From NCBI GenBank assembly GCA_963740085.1, contig CAVUCU010000001.1, forward strand, positions 160,001-224,000: a stretch of 64,000 nt of DNA, written 5' to 3'. A program made the position numbers and the translations under genes. Below, piece after piece: positions 20,781 through 32,971 of this stretch. This stretch comes from Nitrospirota bacterium. GTDB lineage: Bacteria > Nitrospirota > UBA9217. Within the stretch, counting starts at the first letter, position 1; every line of letters starts with the position of its first letter. The notes under the pieces are model-generated. The model was given only the letters and a program-made list of their open reading frames with translations, had not been told where the DNA came from and ran no database searches.

Positions 20781-21386
20781 TTAAAACCCCTGTTCCTTAA
20801 CCCATTTGCCATGCCGTTTCCTCGCCCATTCGAGGGGTACGGTGCCGTAGACCATAATTCTGAACGTACCGGGATTGGCAAGGGAACCGAGGTAGATATG
20901 CGCCGGAATGGCAAAGACCAGGAAATCGAAGCTGATATTGTGAAGGAGATGCGCGAGTCGAACCATCTCAATCGTGCCGACCAGAAACCAGATCATGAAC
21001 CCGGAAATGGAAATCAGGTAGGCAAAGAACAGGAACACGAGGTAGAAGAGCTTCTGGCCCGTGTTGAGCGCCCCCTGCGGCGGAAGTGAAACCTTTTCCC
21101 GCGAGAGATACCCGCCTGCCTTCTTGATCCATTCCTTGTCGTCAGCAGTCCAGGTGACGGCTTCTTTGAAGTAGGCTGACATGGTCAGGAAAACCGAGAC
21201 TACGAACACGATGCCTCCCCAGTTGTGGAGCAACCGCATCACATTGAAGCTTCCGAAAAGCGAATTCAGCCCTTCAAGGTGAAAGAGAAACGCAAAGCCC
21301 GTAATGGCGAGCAGGAAGAAGCTTATTGCCATCACCCAATGGTTAACGATCTTTCCAACGGTCGCTTTTCTCACCATCTGTGCCAT
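20781..21386 (-). CDS. fdnI: Formate dehydrogenase cytochrome b556 (gamma) subunit
   Basis: NHW, LLHNWGG, NTGQKL, HLLHN, AHIYL; 4 TMs; operon context. Confidence 0.9.
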   Translation of the reverse strand: MAQMVRKATVGKIVNHWVMAISFFLLAITGFAFLFHLEGLNSLFGSFNVMRLLHNWGGIVFVVSVFLTMSAYFKEAVTWTADDKEWIKKAGGYLSREKVSLPPQGALNTGQKLFYLVFLFFAYLISISGFMIWFLVGTIEMVRLAHLLHNISFDFLVFAIPAHIYLGSLANPGTFRIMVYGTVPLEWARKRHGKWVKEQGF

Positions 21387-21387
21387 C

Positions 21388-22155
21388 TTACTTTACCTCC
21401 TCTTCTTTTTCTTTCTTCGGGCCGACGGCTGCGTAGTGGATAAGCGCAGCGGCCACCGAAGTCCCAAGGGCGATATAGGAAAGGGGTTTGAACACGTTGT
21501 CCCAGAAGATCACGGACTCGGCGATCTCCGGCTTCTCGGCCAGACCAAGGAGCTTCGGTGGGTCCTTGAAGGCATACAGTGTCCCCAGCCCCTCAAGATC
21601 CTGTTCACCGTAGACCTTGCTGAAGCCCTCTTTTTTCGCCGTGCCCACGAGTTCATCCCTGTTGCCGAAACGAAGCGTACCGGTGGGGCAGGCCTTCGCG
21701 CAGGCGGGCTCGAGCCCTGCCGCGACCCGGTCGAAGCAGAGGTGGCACTTTCCGATCTTGTTATTCTCGTCGTACCTCGGAACATCGAACGGGCAGCCCG
21801 CACGACAGAGTTTGCAGCCGATGCACTTTTCTTTATTGAAGTTTACGATGCCCTCCTTGGTCTTGAAGAGGGCGCCGGGCGCGGGGCAGATCCGTATGCA
21901 GCCCGCGTCGCCGCAGTGCATGCACCGCCGGTTCACGAAAAGCCACCGGAACTTGTCCGTCTCCGATGGCAGCTCAGAGTACTTGATCATGTTGAAAAGA
22001 TCGGGCGTGAGGTCCGGAGGATTTTGCATAGTGCCGGTGTTGATCGTTCTCTGGCCGGGGAGCTGGTTCCAGCTCTTGCACGCCGTCTGACAGGCCCGGC
22101 AGCCTATGCACCGCTCGGGAGTTACGAGTATTGCCTTTCGTGTCATCTTTTCCAT
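21388..22155 (-). CDS. fdnH: Formate dehydrogenase Fe-S (beta) subunit
   Basis: CIGCRACQTAC, CMHC...C...CP, CIGCKLC...CP, KCHLC...PACAKACP; C-terminal TM. Confidence 0.93.
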   Translation of the reverse strand: MEKMTRKAILVTPERCIGCRACQTACKSWNQLPGQRTINTGTMQNPPDLTPDLFNMIKYSELPSETDKFRWLFVNRRCMHCGDAGCIRICPAPGALFKTKEGIVNFNKEKCIGCKLCRAGCPFDVPRYDENNKIGKCHLCFDRVAAGLEPACAKACPTGTLRFGNRDELVGTAKKEGFSKVYGEQDLEGLGTLYAFKDPPKLLGLAEKPEIAESVIFWDNVFKPLSYIALGTSVAAALIHYAAVGPKKEKEEEVK

Positions 22156-22173
22156 AATTGTCCCCCTCTCCCC

Positions 22174-25100
22174 CTATGCCTTTACCACATTGACCATAAA
22201 GGCCTTGGATTCCGGTATCATGGTGTTCGCGTCGCCGATGGTCGGCGTCAGCAGGTTCGCGCTGTCGCCGCCGCTGCCGTCCTTCGGATACTGCCAGCCG
22301 AAGCACCACGGCAGCCCCACCTGGTGTACGGTGGAACCGGCGACCTTGAAGGGCTTGAACCTCGCTGTTACGACCGCAATGGCCCAGAGCTCGCCCCTCC
22401 CCGACTTTACCATGACTTTTTCGCCGTTCCGTATGTTTTTCTCCTTGGCAAGTTCCTCGCTCATCTCAACGAACATCTGGGGTTGCATCTCGAGCTGCCA
22501 GGGTTCGTGCCTCGTCAACACACCCGTTTGCCAGTGCTCGGAAACGCGGTAGGTCGTCGCCACAAAGGGATACCGGACATCACAGGAGTAGAAAGCATCT
22601 TCCTTCTCGTTGAAAAGCTTGATCGTGGGGTTGATCCGCTGCTTTGACATCACGTTCTCCTCGAGCGGACATTCAAGGGCCTCATAGTGCTCGGGGAAGG
22701 GACCATCGGCAAGACCCGGGCCGAAGATCGCCCCGACACCGTCCGCACGCATGATGAAGGGATACTTGCCGGCGGCGTCCATGGGCGGCGCGGGCCCGTC
22801 GGGCACGTCACCGACCCACGTGCCGGGTTTCTTGGTCGCGGGGTTTTCTTTATTCGGGTCCCATTTGATGACCGCCCGCTTCGGGTCCCAGGGTCTCCCC
22901 TGGAGATCAACGGAAGCACGATTGTAAATAATCCTCCGGTTGACCGGCCACGCCCAGGTCCATTCAGGGTACATGCCGAGACCGGTCGGATCTGCCTTTC
23001 CCCTTCTGGCCATCATGTTGATGACCTTGCCCTCTTTCTGCGTGTAGCTCTGCGTGTATATCCAGTTACCGCTGGATGTCGTGCCGTCAGCCTGAAGATG
23101 GGCAAAAGTCGCGCAGAGCTCTCCCTTCTTGCCGATGAGCTTCGGGGGAGTTGCGGTCTTGTCGTACACGTCTTCGAGGTAGTAGCCGTTGATCTCTTTT
23201 GCCACATTGTGAATATTGATTTCCTTGATTTTTCCGTCCTGCCCTTTTTCGCCGTAGCTCCACGTCAGATTCAGGATCGGATCGGGGAACTTGCCGCCCA
23301 GCTTCTCGTAAAGGCTCTTCACGCGGAAGTAGAGTTCGTTCATGATCTCCGAGTCCGGTTTGGACTGGCCGATCGGATCAATGGCTTTATACCGCCACTG
23401 CGCCCAGCGACCGGAGTTCGAGAGACTTCCTTCCTTCTCCACGGATGAGCTGCAGGGCAGCAGGAACACCTCGGTCTGGATGTCCTTGGGATCCATGCCC
23501 GGGCCTTTCCAGAAAGAGCCGGTTTCGTTGTCGAAAAGATTGATGTTCACCATCCACTTGAGCTTGGAAAGCGCATTTCGTGTCTTGTTCGAATTTGCGC
23601 CGGAGCATGCGGGGTTCTGGCCCCAGGCGAAGAAGCCTTCGAACTTGCCCTTGAACATCTGGTCGAAGAGTACAAGCCACGACGCGTTCATGCCTTCGTC
23701 GAGCTTCGGGAGCCAGGCATAGCCGAAGTCGTTATCACGGTGCGCTTTGCTGCCGTAGATCGCCTTGAGGTAGCTCGTGATATATTTCCCCCGGTTTGAC
23801 CACCAGTTCACGCTTCTGGGGTCCTTGGTCTTGGGCGTATATTTCTCAATATAGGATTTAAGGTCCGCGAGGGAGCCTGCAGGCGTCGGGAGGTAACCGG
23901 TGAGGATGTGGAACAGGAGACCGTGGTCAGTAGACCCCTGCACGTTGCTTTCGCCGCGCAGGGCATTGATGCCGCCTCCGGCCATTCCCACATTGCCGAG
24001 AAGAAGCTGGACGATGCACATGGCCCTGATGTTCTGGGTCCCGATCGTATGCTGCGTCCAGCCCATGGCATAGAGTTCGGTGCCGACCTTATTGGCTTTC
24101 CCGGTGGAAGCGTAGAGTTTATAGACTTCGAGGAGCTTTTCCTTCGGAGTCCCGGTGATGTTCGACACGTTGTCGACCGTGTACCGCTTGTATTGTTTTT
24201 TGAGGAGTTGGAACACACAGTGCGGATTTTGGAGTGTATGGTCTTTCTTCGGGACACCGTTCTCGTCGAGTTGAAAGGACCATGTCTTTTTGTCGTACTT
24301 CCGGGTCTTTTCGTCGTAGCCGGAAAAGAGGCCGTTCAACTCCCCCGGTCCCTTGAACTCGGGATTCACGAGGAAGGGGGCATTGGTGTAATTGACGACG
24401 TATTCCTTGAAGAAGAGGTTGTTGTCAAGGATATACTTGATCATCCCGCCGAGAAAGGGAATGTCCGTACCCGAACGCATCGGCGCATAGACGTCCGACC
24501 TGGCGGCGGTTTGCGAGAACCGGGGGTCCACGACGATGAGCTTTGCTCCCCGCTCCTTTGCCTTCAAGATCCATTTCATGGAAACGGGGTGGTTCGATGC
24601 GGGATTGCTCCCCATAACGAGAATTACATCTGCATTACGAATGTCGATCCAGTGATTGGTCATTGCACCGCGTCCGAACGACTCTCCCAGAGCCGCTACT
24701 GTCGCGGAATGTCAGATACGGGCCTGATGTTCTATATATACCAGGCCCCAGGATCGCAACATCTTTTGGAGCATGTAACACTCTTCGTTGTCCAGGGCAG
24801 CGCTCCCCACATGGGCAATGCCGTCCGTGCGGTTCACGACGAAGTCCTTTTCTACTACCTTTTCCGTGCCGTCTGCCGCCTTTTCCTTCACCTTGGACTT
24901 CGAGGTGATCTTGAAGGTCCTGTCGCGGGTGTCCTTGATCCTTTTCGCGATCTCATCCAGCGCCCAGTCCCATTCGACTTCTTTCCAGTCCGCGGCGCCG
25001 GCCGCCCGATATTTCGGCTTCGTCAGGCGGAGCGGATTGTTGATGATCTGGTAGAGCGACGCCCCCTTTGAGCACAGGGTCCCTTCACTGATCGGATGGT

Positions 25101-25317
25101 CCGGGTCGCCCTCGGTGTAGATCACCTTCCCTTCTTTCGAGTACACGATGATACCGCAGCCCACCGAGCAGTACGGGCAGACCGTGCGGGTCTCTTTTGC
25201 GCCCTTGATTCTGAGTTCCCGCTCCTGTGCTTCAGCGGATCCGGGAGCGGCGCCGAGAGCCCCCATAACCAGAGAACTGCCGGAGATCTTCAGAAAATCA
25301 CGTCTTGATACCCCCAT
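22174..25317 (-). CDS. fdnG: Formate dehydrogenase alpha subunit, Tat-exported selenoprotein (Sec202), 1047 aa
   Basis: SRRDFLK, CPYCSVGC; HQARI*HSATVAALGESFGRGAMTNHW joins ORFs 24712..25317 and 22174..24663 in frame. Confidence 0.96.
24678..24696 (-). promoter_or_regulatory. SECIS hairpin of fdnG
   Basis: GCGGCUCU-GGG-AGAGUCGU; loop G is +24 from UGA. Confidence 0.75.
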
Positions 25318-25846
25318 AACACCCTCCTTTTTAAAGAAAAATATGTAGTCACTCTAGAGAAGATATAGTACTTGAAAGCTCAAAGATAGATAAAAGACAG
25401 GCCAACATAATCCTCTTGTAACTTATAAAACTGAAAAAGAAAACGTTCGTTGTTCGTCCGAAAACGAAAAAGGTATTTGATATTTCCGCCTGGTGAAATA
25501 ATAAACTGTTGGTGCAAAATAAAAACAAAAAATTACATCCAAGCGTAACGATTAAAACTGTATACGAAATATTTCCATTTTGCAAGTTTTTTTTATGGAT
25601 CTATAAAATGAAATAATACTGGAGAGAGGACGTCAGCAGGGATCGAGGTATCGCCCGGCCCTTCCGTCTGGCCCATGAGCGATCTTCCGGAGGATGCGGT
25701 GCATGATCTTGTCGCTCCGTTTCTTCGGGAACCGGGCGCGAACTGCAGCTTTGCAGGGCCTGTCGAACCACAAAAAGACTTTTTCAATAGCCTGTGAGAA
25801 CGCCGAGTAATATGGCGTCCCTCCCCGGCAAAAATATAATGATCTT

Positions 25847-26686
25847 TTATTGAGATGTATGCACCAGGGTCTCTGACTGCCCGAACACCCAGGCAAATCC
25901 GAATCCTCCCATATACGAATGACTGGTCTTCACTAAGGGACTGTTTTCGAATACAGCACCGGTCAGTTCATCGTAGCGGGCGAATGCGCCAAACCAGAAA
26001 TGTTCAAAACGTTTGCTTAACGCGAGCACCAGTAGTGTACCGCTGTAGCCGGATCGGCTATCATAGGCAGGACGGATGTTGGGAATAGCATACTGAGGGG
26101 AAACCTGGTAATAATAATCATGGTATCGTTCCGTGGCAAAGAGCGGGCCGAGCGCAAAACCAAAATCCCACCCTCCCCCCGGTCCGACATTGTTAAAATC
26201 AAAATTGAGCTGGGGATTGACGACAAAACCAATCCCGGCGAACCGGGATAAATCAGAAGCTACAGCCGCCCGCACTGGAAGACGGAACTGTACAACACGA
26301 TCAGCATCACAATCCTGAACAAGACAGATCTCCAGAGAAGGCCCTATCTGGATTGTCGGGTCGAGGTTAGGCATACCCGTGCGAGCTGTATTCCTGCCAC
26401 TATTTACGGGAACCCCGCCGTCAACGCTGATGTTGAACTCCACGTGCTGAGAATGATACAGCAGACCGTACATTCCTTTTCTGTCTATCCGCAGGATATC
26501 TCCCCGATACTTCACATAAGGAAGCGGCAGCAGGTAACCGTGTCGTTCATCTGAACCCCGGTAATCCGGGATACTCAGGCCGGAAACACCCGCTCCCGCT
26601 TCCCAGAGAGGCAACTCCTCCGCGCCATAAAGCAATGCCGGTATTACACAGAGAAATACCGAAAAAAAAATGATCGATCGATACAT
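25847..26686 (-). CDS. MipA/OmpV family outer-membrane protein
   Basis: PLWEAGAG....PDYRGSD..., beta-strand pattern, YHDYYYQV. Confidence 0.8.
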   Translation of the reverse strand: MYRSIIFFSVFLCVIPALLYGAEELPLWEAGAGVSGLSIPDYRGSDERHGYLLPLPYVKYRGDILRIDRKGMYGLLYHSQHVEFNISVDGGVPVNSGRNTARTGMPNLDPTIQIGPSLEICLVQDCDADRVVQFRLPVRAAVASDLSRFAGIGFVVNPQLNFDFNNVGPGGGWDFGFALGPLFATERYHDYYYQVSPQYAIPNIRPAYDSRSGYSGTLLVLALSKRFEHFWFGAFARYDELTGAVFENSPLVKTSHSYMGGFGFAWVFGQSETLVHTSQ

Positions 26687-26690
26687 GAAC

Positions 26691-27017
26691 CTACTTAAAG
26701 GCCTTTAAAATGTACTTCGCTATTTCCTTCGCCTCGTGGTCAGAAAGGGTCTTTTCATCGAAGGTGGTCATACCCGGACCTGGTTTTCTCATGGTTCTGA
26801 TAATGTCAGCTTCGGTCCTGATGTTGTTAGCCTCTCGGTCCTTCTTGAGCAAAGTCTTTTTCGGGTTGACGATGTTCCCTCCATCCGGATGGCACAGCGC
26901 ACAATGTTCTTTAAACTCCGCCTCCCCCGGATTTTTTGTAGCTTTTTCCGCGTATGCCATAGCTCCTGCAAAGCACACCGTGAGTACGATTACCAGAAGA
27001 ACAATCCTTTTTTTCAT
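26691..27017 (-). CDS. Periplasmic monoheme cytochrome c (c6/c553-like)
   Basis: Signal peptide, CALCHPDGGNIVNPKKTL, distal Met (PGMTTF); start MKKRI after GGGAGAGG. Confidence 0.88.
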   Translation of the reverse strand: MKKRIVLLVIVLTVCFAGAMAYAEKATKNPGEAEFKEHCALCHPDGGNIVNPKKTLLKKDREANNIRTEADIIRTMRKPGPGMTTFDEKTLSDHEAKEIAKYILKAFK

Positions 27018-27173
27018 GGCCTCTCCCTCTTTCTGCATTGGATTGAACAAATAGTACAATTATAGCAGGAATACATTCGATCGACAAAACGTGATGCGAA
27101 AAGGATAACTGAGAATTTTTTCTCTTATTATATCAGATTAAGGACACAATGGCATTATGAAGAATAGCTCGGG

Positions 27174-28028
27174 TTACACCTGCATGCGCGAGTGGATCAC
27201 CAGATAACCGGAGAAAAGAATGAGGAGGCCGCCAAAAAGGGCCGCGAAAGTAGGCGTTTCCGACAGGAACAGATACGCGAGGGGGATCGCGGCGAGCGGC
27301 TCCATGTAGCCGAGTATCGCGGCATGCTGGGCCATCACTTTTTTGAGCGCATTATAATAGAGGAGCGGCGCAAGAGTGGAATGCATCACGCCGGTTATCA
27401 GTAAAAGACCCGCCGTGCGATAGTGCAAATGATAGTCCATGGTCAAAGCCCACGGCGCTGTCACCAGTGTCGTGGTCCAGAGTATAATCACGACCGCCTG
27501 GTGATGCAGCAGCATCCGGCTCAGTTTTCTGGAATAAATAATGATAAAGGCATAGGCGATTCCCGATACCATGCCGGCGGCGATCCCGGACATGTCCCCG
27601 CTGGTTGTTCGGAGACCTCCCTCGGACAACACGATCATGACCATGCCAAGCGCGGCAATGGGGAGGGAAATGAGGGTCACCTTCAGGATCCGTTCGGCGA
27701 TCATGAGCGGTGCAAGAACTGCGACCAGGAGCGGTGCGGTGTAGTGGGTAAAAACTGCGTTCGAAACCGTAGTGTGCCCCAGCGAATAAAAATACGAGAT
27801 ATTGTTCGTGATCGACGAAACGGCGAGCAAGGCAAAAAGCCACCAGACCTCCCGAACGCCTGAAAGAGCAAGCTCTCCCCTTACGTGCAATACCGCCGGC
27901 ACCGTAAAGCTTGCGATCAGCGATGAATAAAAGAGAACAACGACGGCAGGAAGAGCGAGCCAGCGTATGATGAGGCCCCAGGTGCTCCAGATCAGCATGG
28001 CCGCGATTATTTTGAGGTAGTTGTTCAT
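27174..28028 (-). CDS. DMT/EamA family transporter
   Basis: About 10 TMs, two EamA repeats (IWSTWG; HYTAP; YMEPLAA). Confidence 0.88.
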   Translation of the reverse strand: MNNYLKIIAAMLIWSTWGLIIRWLALPAVVVLFYSSLIASFTVPAVLHVRGELALSGVREVWWLFALLAVSSITNNISYFYSLGHTTVSNAVFTHYTAPLLVAVLAPLMIAERILKVTLISLPIAALGMVMIVLSEGGLRTTSGDMSGIAAGMVSGIAYAFIIIYSRKLSRMLLHHQAVVIILWTTTLVTAPWALTMDYHLHYRTAGLLLITGVMHSTLAPLLYYNALKKVMAQHAAILGYMEPLAAIPLAYLFLSETPTFAALFGGLLILFSGYLVIHSRMQV

Positions 28029-28139
28029 GTGGTGAAAATGAAGGAGCCAGAAGTCAGGAGACAGAATTCAGAATAATACTCTCTCTGACCTCTGCTTCCC
28101 GACCCCTGGCTCCCGATCCCTGACTATTTTGTTTGCTGC

Positions 28140-28217
28140 CTACGTACCCATTTCCCACGATGCGAGGTACTGCTTCTGCTCGGGTGTAAGCTTGCCGATC
28201 TTCACACCCATGGCCCG
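28140..28217 (-). pseudogene. ahcY: C-terminal remnant of a different ahcY
   Basis: Translates RAMGVKIGKLTPEQKQYLASWEMGT*, the typical C-terminus of short-type SAH hydrolases; lies directly after the stop of the intact ahcY. Confidence 0.8.
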
Positions 28218-28218
28218 C

Positions 28219-29625
<1,407 letters not shown>

Positions 29626-29653
29626 AGGACACTCCATTCACAAGATTTATGAA

Positions 29654-29740
29654 TGGGCGCCGTTGCTCCATGTTGAACCACCCCATCGAGCCTGACAGAC
29701 CCACCTTGCGGTGACTGCTGCAGCGCCCCTCGACGGGGTG
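29654..29740 (-). ncRNA. SAH riboswitch
   Basis: GAGGGGCGCUGCAG...CAGGCUCGA...AACGGCGCCCA consensus immediately 5' of ahcY. Confidence 0.85.
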
Positions 29741-29782
29741 TTGTGTTTTGAATTTACAGTCCTGCGTCTGCGCACAATGTTG

Positions 29783-29809
29783 AGGGCAGCCTCACAGGGC
29801 TGCCCCTAC
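29783..29809 (-). repeat. GTAG-type REP-like palindrome
   Basis: GTAG-GGGCAGCC-CTGTGA-GGCTGCCC-T. Confidence 0.5.
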
Positions 29810-29877
29810 ATGATTTTCATTCTCTGCAGAATAGATCCAGATTCTTTAATCCGCAATCCGAATTCCGAAATCCACAA

Positions 29878-31038
29878 TCAGTTCACTCCCGCGTCCTTTT
29901 TGAGCTTTGCGGCTTTGTCCGTTTTTTCCCAGGTGAACTCAGGCTCGGTCCTGCCGAAGTGGCCGTATGCCGCGGTCTTCCGGTAAATAGGCCGTCTGAG
30001 GTTCAGGGTTTTCACGATGCCCTTGGGAGTCATGTCAAAGTTTTTTCTGATGATCTTGACGAGTTTGTCATGATGGATCTTGCCGGTTCCGAAATCGTCC
30101 ACGTGGATGGAGACCGGATGCGGAACCCCGATGGCATAGGCCAGCTGCACCTCTACCTCAGTGCAGAGACCGGCTGCCACGATGTTCTTCGCAACGTAAC
30201 GGGCCATGTAGGACGCGGATCGGTCGACCTTCGTCGGGTCCTTGCCGGAGAAGCATCCGCCGCCGTGGCTGCCCACACCGCCATAGGTGTCCACGATGAT
30301 CTTGCGGCCCGTGAGGCCGGTGTCGCCCATAGGTCCCCCGGTCACGAACCTGCCTGTGGGATTAATGTGATAGATAATGGTCTTTTCATCGAGCAGTTTC
30401 TTCGGGAGCACCGGAAGGATCACCTTCTCGATGATCTCCCTGCGCAGTTGCTTGAGCGTCACATCAGGACTGTGCTGCGACGAAACCACGATGGTATGGA
30501 GACGGTAGGGTTTACCTTCCCGGTATTCGATGGTCACCTGGGACTTACCGTCCGGCCGCAGATAGGGAAGGATCTCCTTCTTTCGAACTTCCGAAAGACG
30601 GCGAGTGAGCTTGTGCGCGAGCATGATGGTCATCGGCATCAGTTCCGGTGTCTCGTCGCAGGCATAGCCGAACATGAGGCCCTGGTCCCCTGCGCCGCCG
30701 GTGTCAACGCCCATGGCGATATCGGGCGACTGAGAGTGGACCGACGTGACGACCGCGCAGGTCTCGGAATCGAAGCCGTACTTTGCCCGGGTGTAACCGA
30801 TGTCCTTGATGGTCTTCCTGACGATATCAGGGATCTCCACATATCCCTTCGTGGTGATCTCTCCGGCTACCATGGCAAGCCCCGTGGTCAGAAGCGTTTC
30901 GCATGCCACACGGCTCATCGGGTCCTGCGCAAGCAGCGCGTCGAGGACCGCATCTGAAATCTGGTCGGCTATTTTGTCTGGATGACCCTCGGTCACCGAT
31001 TCCGAGGTAAAAAGGTAATTCTTGTTAATGCTGCTCAT
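29878..31038 (-). CDS. metK: S-adenosylmethionine synthetase
   Basis: [35 protein letters not shown]. Confidence 0.98.
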   Translation of the reverse strand: MSSINKNYLFTSESVTEGHPDKIADQISDAVLDALLAQDPMSRVACETLLTTGLAMVAGEITTKGYVEIPDIVRKTIKDIGYTRAKYGFDSETCAVVTSVHSQSPDIAMGVDTGGAGDQGLMFGYACDETPELMPMTIMLAHKLTRRLSEVRKKEILPYLRPDGKSQVTIEYREGKPYRLHTIVVSSQHSPDVTLKQLRREIIEKVILPVLPKKLLDEKTIIYHINPTGRFVTGGPMGDTGLTGRKIIVDTYGGVGSHGGGCFSGKDPTKVDRSASYMARYVAKNIVAAGLCTEVEVQLAYAIGVPHPVSIHVDDFGTGKIHHDKLVKIIRKNFDMTPKGIVKTLNLRRPIYRKTAAYGHFGRTEPEFTWEKTDKAAKLKKDAGVN

Positions 31039-31173
31039 CTGATCTCCTTCCGGCCATAATGACCATTTGATAACTTATCATCACCGAACTTCAGCGGATT
31101 GTTGCTCAAGGATAAAACTGCCTTCATCACAAAACAGGACTTCCGCTGCCAAGAAAGCGGCAAACGAGGTAGT

Positions 31174-31202
31174 ACATTACCTGAACCGGACCGACTTTTC
31201 AA
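31174..31202 (-). promoter_or_regulatory. Putative sigma70 promoter of metK
   Basis: TTGAAA-17 nt-TAATGT. Confidence 0.45.
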
Positions 31203-31356
31203 GATATTTTTTCGCGTACTTAACAACCCACGTCAACCGTTCCATGTCCTGGTCGGATTGCGGAAGCCGGACAGAGTTCCGGTGAAACGATTGAGGGCAC
31301 AAGAGGAAGGGTGAGCGAGCCGTTCAGCGAACAAAGCGGCCCCGCGTGAGCGCCAG

Positions 31357-32559
31357 CTAGTTTGTTTCCGCGGCAATTTCCTTGTTCATTTGAACGGGAT
31401 CGAAAGGGAGTAGTTGCGTCTGAAAACCCGCGACACCGGGAGGGGGCTGTAAATAACGGATCTCGAATTTGACGCTTCCCATAGGCGGGATGACAACGTC
31501 TTTTTCCTGAGGACGCTTCGCTTTCAGTTCCTGCACATTGACGCCACGCCCGGCAAGGATGTCGTAATCCCGCCGGGTATAGATCTGCCGGCCGTTCAGC
31601 AACCTGATTTTTGCGAGCTCAGCGCCTTGTGCATCATTCACCACGGCCAGCACATACCAGGCAGGCCTCTCCTTTACTGTCGAGTTCTCGATGACGCCGG
31701 AGATAAGCAGATCACCATTCGCCTCCATGGATCCGACAGGGTTCAGGATTTGCAGTCCTTCGATCGAGGTTATCTCTCGAGGCGCTTCTCTCACCTTTTG
31801 CAAGGAAGGCTGAGAAGATTGAAGATAGAGGAAAATGCCATAAGCCGCCAGACCGGCTATGATGAGCACAGCAAAAAGGACCACAAGCATTCGTCCAGAA
31901 CGGGAAGGCATCGATGAATGAACAGGTTCCATTATTATTCGTTCTGCTGCGGGCGAAGCCGGCGGTGTGGCGGGATGTGCGTACTCTTTCTTCGGCACTG
32001 CCGGCTGTATGGGAGGCGCGGGCGGGGTTTCTCTTTCCGCCGCAGGCATTGATTGAGGCTGTGGCACGAACAATGGTTCTGGTTCTGGCTCTGACTTTGG
32101 CTCAGGCATCTGCTCAGATAGTTGTTCAGCAGTAAGTTCACCTTTTGATTTTACCGGCGTGAGGGTCTCGGACTTATCCTCAACAGTCGGTTCCAGCTTC
32201 GATGCCGGTGTAGATTCAAAATGATCCGGTTCGATAGACAACGGGGCCTTTTCCTCCAGCGCATTTTCATACGTGGTTTGCTCTGCAAAGTCAGAGGTCT
32301 TTGATTGAGTCTCCGGAGAGGCCGTCTCCCCGGAAGCAGGTTCCACTCCTTCAGGAGACAAAGACGCCGGGGCGGGCTTTGCTTCAAACAAATCGAGAAC
32401 GGAAACGGCACCGTGTGAAAGAGTGTAATGCTCAAAGTCCCCGCGTGTGATCTTCACATATGCGCCGCAGCGCGTACACGGGAACTTTATCCCTGCTCCG
32501 GTGATCTTGTCATCCGAGACACGGAAAAGCTTATTGCATTTTTCACACCGGACTTCCAT
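31357..32559 (-). CDS. Zinc-ribbon (MJ0042-like) membrane protein with Pro/Glu-rich linker and DUF3426-like C-terminal domain
   Basis: MEVRCEKC...KFPCTRC, low-complexity linker, single TM, ISGVIEN beta domain. Confidence 0.75.
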   Translation of the reverse strand: MEVRCEKCNKLFRVSDDKITGAGIKFPCTRCGAYVKITRGDFEHYTLSHGAVSVLDLFEAKPAPASLSPEGVEPASGETASPETQSKTSDFAEQTTYENALEEKAPLSIEPDHFESTPASKLEPTVEDKSETLTPVKSKGELTAEQLSEQMPEPKSEPEPEPLFVPQPQSMPAAERETPPAPPIQPAVPKKEYAHPATPPASPAAERIIMEPVHSSMPSRSGRMLVVLFAVLIIAGLAAYGIFLYLQSSQPSLQKVREAPREITSIEGLQILNPVGSMEANGDLLISGVIENSTVKERPAWYVLAVVNDAQGAELAKIRLLNGRQIYTRRDYDILAGRGVNVQELKAKRPQEKDVVIPPMGSVKFEIRYLQPPPGVAGFQTQLLPFDPVQMNKEIAAETN

Positions 32560-32736
32560 CCTGCAAAGCCTCCTGATCTGAACTAGATCTGTAATAATGA
32601 TATCTGAATTAGAAACAGTAGAGAACAACTTAAATCCAAAAACATGAGAGCAGCAAATTCCTTAGTAACAAGTTTGCCGCGCATCGTGTTGCGGCCTTCA
32701 TATTCGTTCTATTGTAGTATATTTTTTAAAAATTAT

Positions 32737-32934
32737 CTACTCTTCTGTATGTTTTTTTTCTTCCCGGTCTGCAGCGGGTATTTCCGTCTTTTCACAGGCG
32801 ATCCGGTATTCATCCGAGGCCCACTTCCCCAGATCGATCAGTCTGCATCGCTCAGAACAAAATGGCCTGAATTCATTTCCGTCCCAACGCGTTTCTTTTT
32901 TGCAGAGAGGGCACCTGATAATTTTTTGTTTCAT
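32737..32934 (-). CDS. yacG: DNA gyrase inhibitor YacG
   Basis: CPLC...[23 protein letters not shown]. Confidence 0.93.
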   Translation of the reverse strand: MKQKIIRCPLCKKETRWDGNEFRPFCSERCRLIDLGKWASDEYRIACEKTEIPAADREEKKHTEE

Positions 32935-32971
32935 AGGGTCCGATTCCCGGCTTCCGTTTTCCCGTTCCGAT

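Noticed and set aside
25349-25896. Short ORFs upstream of fdnG
   Set aside because: AT-rich promoter-like region and unrecognisable peptides; cannot support a CDS.
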